DNA of 64,000 bases, taken from the NCBI GenBank assembly GCA_039194325.1, contig JBCCWC010000004.1, positions 1 through 64,000 on the forward strand, written 5' to 3'. Position numbers and translations under genes: made by a program. The notes below the pieces were generated by a model that saw nothing but the letters and a program-made list of their open reading frames with translations, searched no databases and was not told the DNA's origin. Positions 1-11,204 of the stretch are shown one piece after another; positions within the stretch are counted from its first letter, which is position 1; every line of letters begins with the position of its first letter. Origin of the DNA: Myxococcota bacterium. GTDB taxonomy: Bacteria > Myxococcota_A > Polyangia > Nannocystales > Nannocystaceae.

Positions 1-200
1 CGGCCCCGGCCCCGGCAGCGGCCCCGGCCCCGGCAGCGGCCCCGGCCCCGACTGCGGCCCCGGCCCCGACTGCTCCCAGCGCTGCACCGGAGGCCGCGGC
101 GGGAGCCGAGCCCGCGGCCAAGTCGGTCGCTCCCGCCGAGCCCGCCGCTCCCGCCGAGCCGGCGCCCGATACCACCCCCGAGCCTCCGCCCGCGGGTTGA
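1..200 (+). CDS. 3' end of a gene encoding a Pro/Ala-rich low-complexity tail (partial)
   Basis: Open frame from position 3 reads APAPAAAPAP...PEPPPAG to TGA at 198-200. Confidence 0.6.
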   Translation, partial: APAPAAAPAPAAAPAPTAAPAPTAPSAAPEAAAGAEPAAKSVAPAEPAAPAEPAPDTTPEPPPAG

Positions 201-216
201 GCTCTTCGCTCCGAGC

Positions 217-1323
217 ATGCGCGCGACGTCTCGCCGTGCTCTCGCCACGCAGGCGGGCGGGCTGTTGCTGACCGCCTGCTTTGGGCTCAGCTGTCGACGG
301 GTGGACGAGACCGCGACGGTCCGCAACACCCCACCCCGGGCCGAGCCGACCGTGCCGATCGTACGACCGAGCACCGGCGGCAAGACGATCGTCGTTCCGG
401 ACTTCGCTCGGGTGGCCACCGACATGTCCCCCTCGGTGGTGACCGTGATCTCCACCGTCAACGGGCGCAGCGCCCAGGGCGAGCGCAAGAGCTTGCGCGG
501 CGTGGGCAGCGGCATGCTCGTCAGCGCGCTGGGTCAGGTCCTCACCAACGAGCACGTGATCGCCGACGCCACCAAGGTGCGGGTGGAGCTGTCGACCCGC
601 GAGCTTCTCGACGCCCGCATCATCTATTCCGACTCGCGACTCGACCTGGCCCTGCTTGAGCTGCGTGGGGCCGATGTCCCGCTCGACCCGGTGACCTTCT
701 CCGACCGCGATCCTACGCCGGGCGAATGGGTCATGGCGGTGGGCCAGCCCTTCGGCCTGGGGCACACGGTGACCGTGGGGGTGATAAGCGGCCTGCACCG
801 CGACCACGACGACCTGGGCCGCCCGCCCGGGCTGGACCCCCGCGGGATCTGGTCGTTCATTCAGACCGACGCCTCGATCAACATCGGCAACTCGGGCGGG
901 CCCTTGGTGGACGCCGACGGCAAGGTCGTTGGGATCACCACCGCGGTGCGCTCCGACGGGCAAGGGCTGGCCTTTGCAATCCCCGCCCCCATGGCGCGGC
1001 GCTTCCTCGAGGAGGTGTGGACGCACGGCCGGGTGCGACACGCCCGGCTGGGGATCGACGCCGAGAACGCCCTCGACGGGGCGCTGCCGGGCCGCGGCTC
1101 GGCGGTACGGATCACCCGGGTCGACGACAAGGGCCCCGGGCTCAAGGCCGGGCTGGCGGAAGGCGACTTCATCCTGGCGATCAACGAGCAGCCGATCTCG
1201 CGAGTGTCGGATGTCGCGTACCTGACCCAGCTGTACGGGGTGGGGGCGCAGCTGACGATCCGGCGCAAGCGAGGCAACCTCCCCGCCGATAACGTGCTGC
1301 TCATCTCGGCGCCGATGCCCTAA
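217..1323 (+). CDS. HtrA/DegP-family serine protease with one PDZ domain
   Basis: LTNEHV (His), DLALL (Asp) and IQTDASINIGNSGGPL (Ser) motifs; C-terminal PDZ-like region; N-terminal signal/lipobox-like segment. Confidence 0.9.
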   Translation: MRATSRRALATQAGGLLLTACFGLSCRRVDETATVRNTPPRAEPTVPIVRPSTGGKTIVVPDFARVATDMSPSVVTVISTVNGRSAQGERKSLRGVGSGMLVSALGQVLTNEHVIADATKVRVELSTRELLDARIIYSDSRLDLALLELRGADVPLDPVTFSDRDPTPGEWVMAVGQPFGLGHTVTVGVISGLHRDHDDLGRPPGLDPRGIWSFIQTDASINIGNSGGPLVDADGKVVGITTAVRSDGQGLAFAIPAPMARRFLEEVWTHGRVRHARLGIDAENALDGALPGRGSAVRITRVDDKGPGLKAGLAEGDFILAINEQPISRVSDVAYLTQLYGVGAQLTIRRKRGNLPADNVLLISAPMP

Positions 1324-1400
1324 CGCCGAACGGCGCGAGCGAGGATCGCGACGACCTCGGGTGCGGATCCCGAGCAACGCCGCAGCGAAGGTGACGGCGG

Positions 1401-1628
1401 TCAGTCGCCGCGGTCGACGGCCCTCTCATACTGCACCTTCATCGCGTCGAAGCTCTTGTAGCAAGGCTCGTACCCGGCGGGCGGGGTCTCGTAGTACATC
1501 TTGGGCAGCGTGGTGAAGGTATGCAGCTCCGACTCGGGGATCAGCTGGCCACACACGTCACAGCGGAAGGGAGCACGCGGCTTTTCGATGAGATGCCAGC
1601 GAGGCTTGGATCCGGGCAGTGACGCCAT
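1401..1628 (-). CDS. Small hypothetical protein with a CxxC motif
   Basis: 75-aa ORF containing CDVC with GC3-biased codons; TATCAT lies 6 nt before the ATG. Confidence 0.6.
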   Translation of the reverse strand: MASLPGSKPRWHLIEKPRAPFRCDVCGQLIPESELHTFTTLPKMYYETPPAGYEPCYKSFDAMKVQYERAVDRGD

Positions 1629-1769
1629 GCCCCGATGATAGCGCGCCAGACGAAGGCTCGGGACCCGCGGCCGACCTCGGGCCCTCTCGCGTGATCCCGC
1701 AAAGGCCCCGGAGCGACCCCGAAGCGACCCCGGAGCGACCCCTGAACGACACGGAAGAGTCGCTCGGGC

Positions 1770-2231
1770 TCACGAGCAGCGCACGGTGATGTTGGAGACC
1801 GCGGTGGCACTGTCGCCGTCGGCGGTCTGCACCGTCACCGAGAGCTCCGCTGGCGTGTCACACCAGGCCGCGAGCTCGGCGTTGGTGGTGCCCGCGTTGC
1901 GCACCCGACCGATGAGCGTCTGACCCTTGGCGAGGCGGACCACCGGATCGTCGCCCTGGGTGTTCCTCATCTCCGCCGAGAAGCTCAGCGTGTCGGACGA
2001 CTCGGTCACCGGCTGCGCCGTGATCATCACCTCGCTGAGGGTGACCTCCTCGGGCTGACCGCGCGCCTGTAGCTCGACCGAGATATCGAGATTGGCGAGC
2101 CCCTCGGGCGACCCCTGGTTGGCGTCGAGGCTGCCCGAGACCACGCTGGCCTCGATCCCACCGGGCTCCTCACCCTGACACGCGAGCAAAACAGCAAAAA
2201 ACGAGAGCGGTACCAGACGATGGACGCGCAC
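1770..2231 (-). CDS. Hypothetical lipoprotein
   Basis: Signal peptide with lipobox (FFAVLLAC); GC3-biased codons. Confidence 0.7.
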   Translation of the reverse strand: MRVHRLVPLSFFAVLLACQGEEPGGIEASVVSGSLDANQGSPEGLANLDISVELQARGQPEEVTLSEVMITAQPVTESSDTLSFSAEMRNTQGDDPVVRLAKGQTLIGRVRNAGTTNAELAAWCDTPAELSVTVQTADGDSATAVSNITVRCS

Positions 2232-2550
2232 GATCCATAGCCTACCCCAGCTGACCGCAATTACCGCTCGATGGCACGAAAGTAAGGGGCCACGCCCGGA
2301 TTTCGGGCCGACCGACGAAGCCGCCGACCGGCGAGCGCGGGAACGAACCCGTCACTCGATACGAAGGTTTTGCGCTACGGCACCATAGATAGATGGATCG
2401 ACGACACCAAGTAACCACCGACACTGGAGCGCGTATGCGTAGTCGGTTAGTGACATCGTGAAGTTTTCCGAGTCCATTCTGGCTTCGACCGAGCCTGGCG
2501 GGGCATTGACCCTCGAGGCGGGGTCAGCCTCGTCCAATCGCCGTCCCATC

Positions 2551-5112
2551 ATGCCCAAAGATCGGGTGGGCCACTATCGAGTGATCCACCGGCTGGGCTC
2601 GGGAGGGATGGGAACAGTGTTCGCCGCCGAGGATCCGCGGCTGGAGCGGCGGGTGGCCCTCAAGCTACTCCACGAAGACACGACCTCGCGCCGGCTACGA
2701 CTGCGCCGCGAAGCCTGTGCCATGGCCCGACTCGAGCATCCCAATGTGGTGACGATCCACGATGTGGGCGAGCACGAGGGCCAGATCTTCATGGCCATGG
2801 AGATGGTCGAGGGCGAGGATCTTCACCATTGGCTCTGCGTCGAGCCTCGACGACCCGAGCAGATCCTCGAAGCGTTCCTCGCGGCCGGCCGAGGCCTGGC
2901 GGCCGCTCATCGCGCCGGGGTGATCCATCGGGACTTCAAGCCGTCGAACGTGCTGGTGGCGGACGACGGGCGGGTTCTCGTCACCGATTTCGGCCTGGCG
3001 TGGCTCGACGCGAGCACGATGAGCATCAACACCAACGCCGAGGCCGTCCACGAGTCGGTGACCCTCGAGATCACGCAGCACGGCAAGGTCACGGGGACGC
3101 CGGCGTACATGGCGCCCGAGCAGTGGGATGCCCAGCCCACCCGAGCCCCGGCCGACCAGTTCGCGTTTTGTGTGGCGCTCTACCAGGCGTTGATGGGAAC
3201 GCACCCCTTTGGGCTCGGATCCGATCTGTACCTGCGGGTGACCGAGCACCGCCTGCAACCGGCGACTGCCCCATCACGGCTCGCAGCCCGCCTGCGCCCG
3301 CTGCTGCGGCGAGGCCTCCGACCCGACCCCAACCGACGCTGGAAATCGATGGACGCCCTGCTCGACGCGCTCGAGCGAGCATCCACCCAAGGCCCCCGGC
3401 GGTGGCCCTGGGTGCTCGGTGGCATGGCCGTGCTGGGCATGCTGTGCACCCTCATCGCTACGATCTGGACGATGCAGCCCCGCTGTTCGCCTCCCGATCG
3501 CGACGCACTGTGGGGCCCGACGCAACGAGCCGCGATCCATGCCCAGTTCATGGCCACCCAGGCGCCCTTCGCCGAGGCCCAGTGGAACAACATCAACGGC
3601 CAGGCGGACCGATTCATCGACCGATGGCGACAGGGCTACCAGAGGACCTGCGAGACCGCCCCGGCCGCCGTGCTGGATGCCCGCATGGCGTGCCTGCGAC
3701 GGAGTCGTGCCCGCCTCGACGCCGCGGCCAAGGTCCTCGGTGAGGCTGACGTCAGCGTGATCCAGCGAGCGCTCGAGGTGCTTCCCCACTCCTCCGAGCT
3801 GCGACGCTGCGAGGCCGATCGAACCCCCGAGGAGCCCGAGGGCGGCCACGTCCACCGCCACCTCCACGACCTCCTCGCGATGGCGCTGACCCTCCAGCGC
3901 GCCGGACGATACGAGCAAGCGCTCATCACGGTGACCCAGGTGGCCACGATGATGCGCAACCTCGATGCCCCCGAGCTGAAGGCCCGACTCCAGCTGAGGA
4001 CGGGGGCCATCCTCGATTGGCTCGGACGCTACGACAAGGCGCGTGAAGAGCTTCGAGCGGCCTTCATGCTGGCCAGCGCAACCGGCTCGGACCTGGTAGC
4101 AGTAGAGGCGGCCCGGCTGTTGGGGTTCGTGGTGGGGGTGCGGCTGGCAGGCTATGACGATGCGCTCAGCTGGATCCGCCATGCCGCCGCGATCGCCCGC
4201 CGAGCCGAAGCTCCCGATGAGTACCACGCGGAGATCGAGCGCGTGTTTGGCCACCTGGCCCAGTCGAAGGGAGAGATGGCAGACGCCGAGCACCATTACG
4301 AACGTGCGCTCGGGCTCTTCGAACGAGCCGAGGCCGACCTTCGAGACGGTCAGATCGCCAAGTCGCTGGACGATCTGGGCAACGTGGCGTATGCCCGCGG
4401 TGACGTCGAGCTGGCGCTGAGCTACTTCCAGCGAGCCTATGCCGAATACGCCCTCATCTTGCCCCCGTCTCACCCCGATCTGGCCAGCTTTGGGGAGAAC
4501 GTCGGCCTGGCGCTGAGCTCCCTGGGAGACCATCGAGAAGGTGAGCGCTGGCTTCGTGATGCGCTGGCGCTGCGCCACGAAGCCCTCGGGCCGAGGCACC
4601 CTTCGACGGCCAAGCTCCACGGCTCGCTGGGGGTCGTGCTCGCGCGGCAGCGCCTCCACGTCGAGTCACTCGAGCACTATCAACGTTCGTTGGAGCTCAG
4701 TCGTGAGCGATTGGGGGATACTCACCCTCAGACGGCTCGGGCCTACTCCAACACAGGCATCGCGCTCCTTCGCCAAGACCGGCCTCGTGAGGCCATCGAG
4801 ATGCTCCATAAAGCGCTCGCCGGCTTCGAGCAGCAGCCCGAGCCCGATCCCCTGGAGCTCAGCTATGCACTCGCCAACCTGGCTCGAGGCTGGCTCAGCC
4901 TCGGGAGTCCTGACGACGCCCTACCGCTGCTCCAGCGCAGCCTGGAGCTCCAGCGTCGCCTGGAGCTCCAGCGCCGCGAAGCCATCAACCCTGAGAACCT
5001 CGCTACGATCGAAGGACTCTTCGGTCACGCCCAGTCTCTGGCCAGCGCCAACCTCATGACGGCTTCGCCCACCGGCGCCAGTCGAGCCCTGACGAGCCCT
5101 GACGAGCCCTGA
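2551..5112 (+). CDS. Ser/Thr protein kinase with TM segment and TPR repeats (start 2458 or 2551)
   Basis: GSGGMGTV, VALK, HRDFKPSN, DFGLA and GTPAYMAPE motifs; TM helix; TPR repeats of the HPxTA type. Confidence 0.92.
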   Translation: MPKDRVGHYRVIHRLGSGGMGTVFAAEDPRLERRVALKLLHEDTTSRRLRLRREACAMARLEHPNVVTIHDVGEHEGQIFMAMEMVEGEDLHHWLCVEPRRPEQILEAFLAAGRGLAAAHRAGVIHRDFKPSNVLVADDGRVLVTDFGLAWLDASTMSINTNAEAVHESVTLEITQHGKVTGTPAYMAPEQWDAQPTRAPADQFAFCVALYQALMGTHPFGLGSDLYLRVTEHRLQPATAPSRLAARLRPLLRRGLRPDPNRRWKSMDALLDALERASTQGPRRWPWVLGGMAVLGMLCTLIATIWTMQPRCSPPDRDALWGPTQRAAIHAQFMATQAPFAEAQWNNINGQADRFIDRWRQGYQRTCETAPAAVLDARMACLRRSRARLDAAAKVLGEADVSVIQRALEVLPHSSELRRCEADRTPEEPEGGHVHRHLHDLLAMALTLQRAGRYEQALITVTQVATMMRNLDAPELKARLQLRTGAILDWLGRYDKAREELRAAFMLASATGSDLVAVEAARLLGFVVGVRLAGYDDALSWIRHAAAIARRAEAPDEYHAEIERVFGHLAQSKGEMADAEHHYERALGLFERAEADLRDGQIAKSLDDLGNVAYARGDVELALSYFQRAYAEYALILPPSHPDLASFGENVGLALSSLGDHREGERWLRDALALRHEALGPRHPSTAKLHGSLGVVLARQRLHVESLEHYQRSLELSRERLGDTHPQTARAYSNTGIALLRQDRPREAIEMLHKALAGFEQQPEPDPLELSYALANLARGWLSLGSPDDALPLLQRSLELQRRLELQRREAINPENLATIEGLFGHAQSLASANLMTASPTGASRALTSPDEP

Positions 5113-5134
5113 CGAGCCCGACCAGCGGCGGCCC

Positions 5135-7081
<1,947 letters not shown>

Positions 7082-7090
7082 GGGGCGGAG

Positions 7091-7228
7091 GGATCCTGCG
7101 AGGAGGGAGCGCGAGGGAAGGGATCCTGCGAGGAGGGAGCGCGAGGGAAGGGAGCGCGAGGGAAGGGAGCGCGAGGGCAGAGATCCTGTGAGGAGGGAGC
7201 GCGCGGGAAGGATCCTACGAGGAGGGAT
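7091..7228. repeat. Intergenic tandem repeat of 15-bp units (GGATCCTGCGAGGAG / GGAGCGCGAGGGAAG)
   Basis: Seen directly; the last unit overlaps the stop codon of the amidohydrolase gene. Confidence 0.9.
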
Positions 7229-8294
7229 CGCGTAGATCGTAGAAGCGCAGTGCGTTGTCGTAAAAGAGGGCGCGCTGCTCCGTCTCGGGCCGCATGGCCA
7301 CGAGCGCCCGGTAGGCATCGTAGAGTTGCTCGAAGCTCATCGAAACCTTGTCCATGGGGAAGTTGGAGGCAAACATGCAACGTTCCACCCCGAAGCGGTC
7401 GAGCGCATGCTCCACGAAGGGCGCCAGCGCGTCGCGAACCTGCTCGAACGTCGCGGGGGTGGTGCGGGTGTGGAGCTCCCAGCCCACCACCGGCATGAAC
7501 ATGCCCGAGAGCTTCACATGCAGCTGTGGATGATCGGCCAAGCGCGCGATCGCATCCCGCCACTGCCGGCGGATCGCCGCCTGCGCCGCTTCGTCCCCAC
7601 CACGACCCGCGAAGGGCCCGCCCGCGGCCACCGGGGTGGCGAGGTGGTCGAGCACCACGCGCACGCGGGGGTGGGCCCGCAGCAGGTCGTCGAGGGCGTT
7701 GGCCTGCTCGAGATAGATCCACGCGTCGAAGCGCAGCCCATGATCAGCCAGCGAGGCAAAGCCCCGGCGCCAGGCCGGATCACCCATGAGATCCGGGGCG
7801 TGTGCGTAGTCCATCACCCCGGGCGTCACGCTCCAGGCCAGCATGTCCCGAATGCCACACAGCCGGTCGCTGGCGTCGCGATGCGCCGCGAGCAAGTCGG
7901 GTAGGTCATCGCGCCGAAGATCCGCCGCGGCCACGATGCCCGCCAGTCGAGGGCCCTGCGGGTCGCGCTGCTGGGCCACCTGCTCGACCCAGCGGGTCTC
8001 GTCGGCCAGCGCCAAGCGCCCGCGGCCCGTCCAGCCCGCTTCTACATAGACGTATCCGGCCACCTCGTGACGACCGCAATCGGCAGCGTAGGTCGAGGGC
8101 AAGTAGGGCTCGACCAGGTGATCGGTGCGCCCGATGAACGCCCGAGTCGCCGCCGGCAATAGATGGTGCGATCCGACCTCCAGCAGCCGCCGGTTCCAAC
8201 CGAGCAGCTTGACGAAGGGCGACGCGGGCCGCGGGGTCCGCCGTGGATCCCACAGGTGGATATGCGGATCGATGATGGGGAAGGGCTCGCTCAT
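7215..8294 (-). CDS. Amidohydrolase_2 family protein (lactonase-like)
   Basis: IDPHIHLWD, VLDHL, HVKLSG and MFASNFPMD motifs. Confidence 0.85.
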   Translation of the reverse strand: MSEPFPIIDPHIHLWDPRRTPRPASPFVKLLGWNRRLLEVGSHHLLPAATRAFIGRTDHLVEPYLPSTYAADCGRHEVAGYVYVEAGWTGRGRLALADETRWVEQVAQQRDPQGPRLAGIVAAADLRRDDLPDLLAAHRDASDRLCGIRDMLAWSVTPGVMDYAHAPDLMGDPAWRRGFASLADHGLRFDAWIYLEQANALDDLLRAHPRVRVVLDHLATPVAAGGPFAGRGGDEAAQAAIRRQWRDAIARLADHPQLHVKLSGMFMPVVGWELHTRTTPATFEQVRDALAPFVEHALDRFGVERCMFASNFPMDKVSMSFEQLYDAYRALVAMRPETEQRALFYDNALRFYDLRDPSS

Positions 8295-8389
8295 GGCTCG
8301 GCGCTCATGACAATGATGGACGCGTAGCCGACGGCATACCAGACGCCCGGCGTCGAGATCGAGGCCGGACCGGTGCAGCGCCAGTAGCT

Positions 8390-8660
8390 CGGCCGGAATG
8401 CCGCCTCGCCGATCCGGCGGGTCTGTCTTCCCTCCAGTGCCCGAAGGAGCATGGGCTGCACCTGCACGGGCAATCGCCGATCCCATCAAGAACGAGCGTC
8501 CCGCCGTCCGCCTGCTCCAGGAGGCCCGCGCGGTGCTCGACCGCGCCGGTGAAGCTGCCGCGCTGGTGCCCGAAGAGCACCGCCCCCGCCATGGAGGGGC
8601 CGAGCACCGCGCAGTCGACCACGACGAACGGGTCGCCCCTTGGGGGACCGCTCGTGCAGC
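8390..8660 (-). pseudogene. Fragment of a sigma54-interacting AAA+ domain
   Basis: PFVVVDCA...LFGHQRGSFTGA...GLLEQADGGTLVLDGIGD, then a 1-nt frameshift near 8472 continues as LPVQVQPMLLRALEGRQTRRIG. No Walker A, Walker B DE changed to DG, and no C-terminal HTH. Confidence 0.8.
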
Positions 8661-8663
8661 AGG

Positions 8664-10238
8664 TCACTGTCCGGTGGTGAGCATGTAGCCCATCAGGCTA
8701 TTGGTGTCCGCGTAGGTCGGATCGATCTCGGGGGTGTCGACATCCTGCCAGTCGAAATCGGTGAGCCACAGACGACCTGCTCCGAGATCGCGGTAGGCGA
8801 TCGAGACGGTGGTGTTGGTCCAGCCGACCAGGGGAGTGATTCCAGGGAACGCCGAGACGTCGGTCCCGCACCCAGTTTCACCGGGCAGGATCGGATTGAA
8901 GGCGTTGTCGAGCCAGAACTGATCCCCGGCGTTGTACTGAAATACGATCGGCGCGCGATCGAGACAAGAGCCGGTGAACGTCCCCTCGACGACGTTCTCG
9001 AACAGATCGCTGAACACCTCGTCAGACGCGAACACCTCCGTCAGCACGAGCCCCCCAGCGCTGACGTACGCGGTGAGATCTGCCGGATCGTAGAGCGCCA
9101 CACCGTTGCGGGAGATCAGCATCGCCTGTGTGTTCCCGTCTGGCACACAGCTGAGCACGAGGTTGAGGCCCGACATCGGCGGGAAGAACGACGTGACGTC
9201 ACGCGACGAGTTTCCGCAGAGCAGCACGTTGGGGAGGAGGTCGGACTCACATAGGTTGCTACAGCTATCGTCGTCCACCATGTTTCCGTCGTCACACTGC
9301 TCCCCCGCTGCGAAGTTGACGACCCCGTCACCACACATCGAGGGGGTACAATCGGCATCGCAGGCGGCCGACTCGCCCATGTCGTCGCAATCCTCACCCG
9401 CGGTCATGTTGACGACCCCGTCACCGCACATCGCCGGGGTGCAGTCGACGTTGCACAGCATCGACTCGCCCATGTCATCGCAGACCTCGCCTGCGGTGAC
9501 GTTCGTGACCCCATCCCCACACATGGCCATCGAGCAGTCCATGTTACAGGTTTCCGACTCGCCGCTGTCGTCACACTCCTCGCCTGCGGGCATGTTGACG
9601 ACCCCGTCCCCGCAGGAGACCGGCGTGCAGTCGTCGTCACACATGGCCGTGGCTCCTCCCTCGTCACACAGCTCGCCGGCGTTGGGGTTGAGTACCCCGT
9701 CCCCGCACTCTGCGAATGTGCAGTCCGCGTCGCAGCCCGGAGACTTGCCTCCGTCGTCACAGTCTTCTCCGGCGGTCATGTTCACCATCCCATCGCCGCA
9801 TGCGGCAGCGGTGCAGTCGTTGTTGCAGGTCGCCGACTCTCCGCTGTCGTCACAGTCCTCGCCGGCCGCCGCATTGGCGATGCCATCCCCACACTCCGGC
9901 ACCGTGCAGTCCGCGTCACAAGTAGCAGACTCGCCGCCGTCGTCACACTCCTCCTCCGGATCGATGAGCCCATCGCCGCACCCGCCAGGCCCCGTGTCCG
10001 AGCTCGTGTCTGCGCTCGTGTCTGCGCTCGTCGCGGAGCCCGTCCCGACCTCGGTATCGGCGCCGTCGTCCATGCTGGGGTCGATCGGGCCTCCGGTGCT
10101 CGACTCGGCTGGGTCCCCGGTGCTCGAGCCTCCGGTCTCCGGCGACACCGGATCTGACGGACAAGCGGTGAGCGAGAATAGGGCTAATCCAGCGAACGAG
10201 CCAAGATCATGAGAATGACGCGACATCGAGACCATCAT
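8664..10238 (-). CDS. Lipoprotein with myxobacterial cysteine-rich (DUF4215-like) repeats
   Basis: Lipobox LFSLTAC; about 8 repeats of CGDGxxNxxAGExCDDxGESxxCxxDCT; start is 10226-10238. Confidence 0.85.
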   Translation of the reverse strand: MMVSMSRHSHDLGSFAGLALFSLTACPSDPVSPETGGSSTGDPAESSTGGPIDPSMDDGADTEVGTGSATSADTSADTSSDTGPGGCGDGLIDPEEECDDGGESATCDADCTVPECGDGIANAAAGEDCDDSGESATCNNDCTAAACGDGMVNMTAGEDCDDGGKSPGCDADCTFAECGDGVLNPNAGELCDEGGATAMCDDDCTPVSCGDGVVNMPAGEECDDSGESETCNMDCSMAMCGDGVTNVTAGEVCDDMGESMLCNVDCTPAMCGDGVVNMTAGEDCDDMGESAACDADCTPSMCGDGVVNFAAGEQCDDGNMVDDDSCSNLCESDLLPNVLLCGNSSRDVTSFFPPMSGLNLVLSCVPDGNTQAMLISRNGVALYDPADLTAYVSAGGLVLTEVFASDEVFSDLFENVVEGTFTGSCLDRAPIVFQYNAGDQFWLDNAFNPILPGETGCGTDVSAFPGITPLVGWTNTTVSIAYRDLGAGRLWLTDFDWQDVDTPEIDPTYADTNSLMGYMLTTGQ

Positions 10239-10270
10239 CTTTCGATGGTGGGATGGATGGTGTCGGGCCG

Positions 10271-10495
10271 TCAAGACGCAACTTCTAGGTATGGGTGCCG
10301 GACCGCAAGCCGAAGCAGCGCGATTGCAGGCCCTTCGGGCAGGCGTCGCCCCTGCTCCCAGTTGCGTAGCGTGTGCACGCTGATCCTCAACGCCTCGGCG
10401 AACGCCTCCTGCGACAGGACCACGGATCTGCGCAGCGCGACCACGTCCTCGCCCGCCTCGATCTCGCCCCGCGTGTACCGTCGACGCTGGCTCAC
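10271..10495 (-). CDS. XRE-family HTH protein (HigA antitoxin-like); start uncertain (10495 or 10561)
   Basis: [37 protein letters not shown] is a typical XRE HTH. Confidence 0.75.
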   Translation of the reverse strand: MSQRRRYTRGEIEAGEDVVALRRSVVLSQEAFAEALRISVHTLRNWEQGRRLPEGPAIALLRLAVRHPYLEVAS

Positions 10496-10542
10496 CTCGA
10501 GCGAGCGTGCGTCCGATGTTCGATAGGAGCCGAAGACGGGCC

Positions 10543-10581
10543 CGGGCCGGTTCGTCGACACCCAACCGACGAACCGGCCCG
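10543..10581. terminator. Perfect 15-bp hairpin downstream of the tRNA cluster
   Basis: CGGGCCGGTTCGTCG-N9-CGACGAACCGGCCCG; the T-rich tract follows on the + strand, so the direction of termination is unclear. Confidence 0.55.
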
Positions 10582-10676
10582 TTTCCTCGCATTTTTTCCC
10601 CGGCCCCTGCTCGTAGTGCAGGAGCCCACCGCGGCCGACCTCAGCGGCCGACTCGTGGAATTCATGGTGTTGGTAG

Positions 10677-10750
10677 TGGACGTGGGAGGACTCGAACCTC
10701 CGACCTTCGACTTATCAGGCCGCTGCACCAACCAGCTGTGCTACACGTCC
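10677..10750 (-). tRNA. tRNA-Ile(GAT), non-canonical, CCA not encoded directly
   Basis: Acceptor GGACGTG/CACGTCC, D stem GCAC/GTGC, anticodon loop CT-GAT-AA, T arm GGAGG-TTCGAGT-CCTCC, discriminator A followed by CTA. Confidence 0.85.
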
Positions 10751-10889
10751 GTGCTTGCACATAATGATTGGCTCTTCGTCCTGAGTGGATCCGTAGAGAG
10801 CTGAATCAGGCATGATGCATGATGTTCCGTGCGGCCGCCGCGTTACGGCGACCGATTCGATGATCAACAAGTGATCAACCAGAAAATGC

Positions 10890-10967
10890 TGGTACCGGGT
10901 GAGGGACTCGAACCCCCGACACACTGGTTGTAAGCCAGCTGTTCTGACGCGACTGAACTAACCCGGC
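10890..10967 (-). tRNA. tRNA-Val(TAC), atypical D loop
   Basis: Acceptor GCCGGGT/ACCCGGT plus ACCA; anticodon arm GCTGG-CTTACAA-CCAGT; TTCGAGT T loop; D loop AGTCGCGTCA lacks the GG. Confidence 0.85.
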
Positions 10968-11065
10968 AAGAGGCCAGGCATTAGGCCCGGCCAAGGGCAG
11001 TACTCCCCGGTCCGGGGGAGCCGCGTAGGAACGACCAGCACGTGAGACGTGATGAAGGTGAACAT
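10958..11065 (-). CDS. Putative second leader peptide MFTFITSHVLVVPT... (35 aa)
   Basis: GGAG 7 nt before the ATG; N-terminus rich in Thr/Ile/Val; stop codon falls inside the 5' end of tRNA-Val. Confidence 0.4.
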   Translation of the reverse strand: MFTFITSHVLVVPTRLPRTGEYCPWPGLMPGLLPG

Positions 11066-11093
11066 GGTGATGCTCCGTGCGTATCGACGATTG

Positions 11094-11166
11094 TGGAGCC
11101 GGTGATGGGAATCGAACCCCGTCTTCTGATTACTAAACAGTTGCTCTACCATTGAGCTACACCGGC
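11094..11166 (-). tRNA. tRNA-Thr(AGT)-like gene, degenerate
   Basis: Acceptor GCCGGTG/CACCGGC plus TCCA; D arm GCTC-AATGGTA-GAGC; anticodon loop TT-AGT-AA; mismatches in the anticodon stem (A-A, T-T) and T stem. Confidence 0.75.
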
Positions 11167-11204
11167 GCATTGATTGGTCCAGCCGGTCGCCTATGGTGGG
11201 GGGA

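Noticed and set aside
8300..10690. Integrative element at the tRNA-Ile 3' end
   Set aside because: No integrase and no duplicated tRNA 3' sequence (att site) were found by eye.
10770..10812. Hammerhead ribozyme in the Val-Ile spacer (CTGAT...CGAA)
   Set aside because: The core CUGAUGA/GAAA consensus and the required stems are not met.
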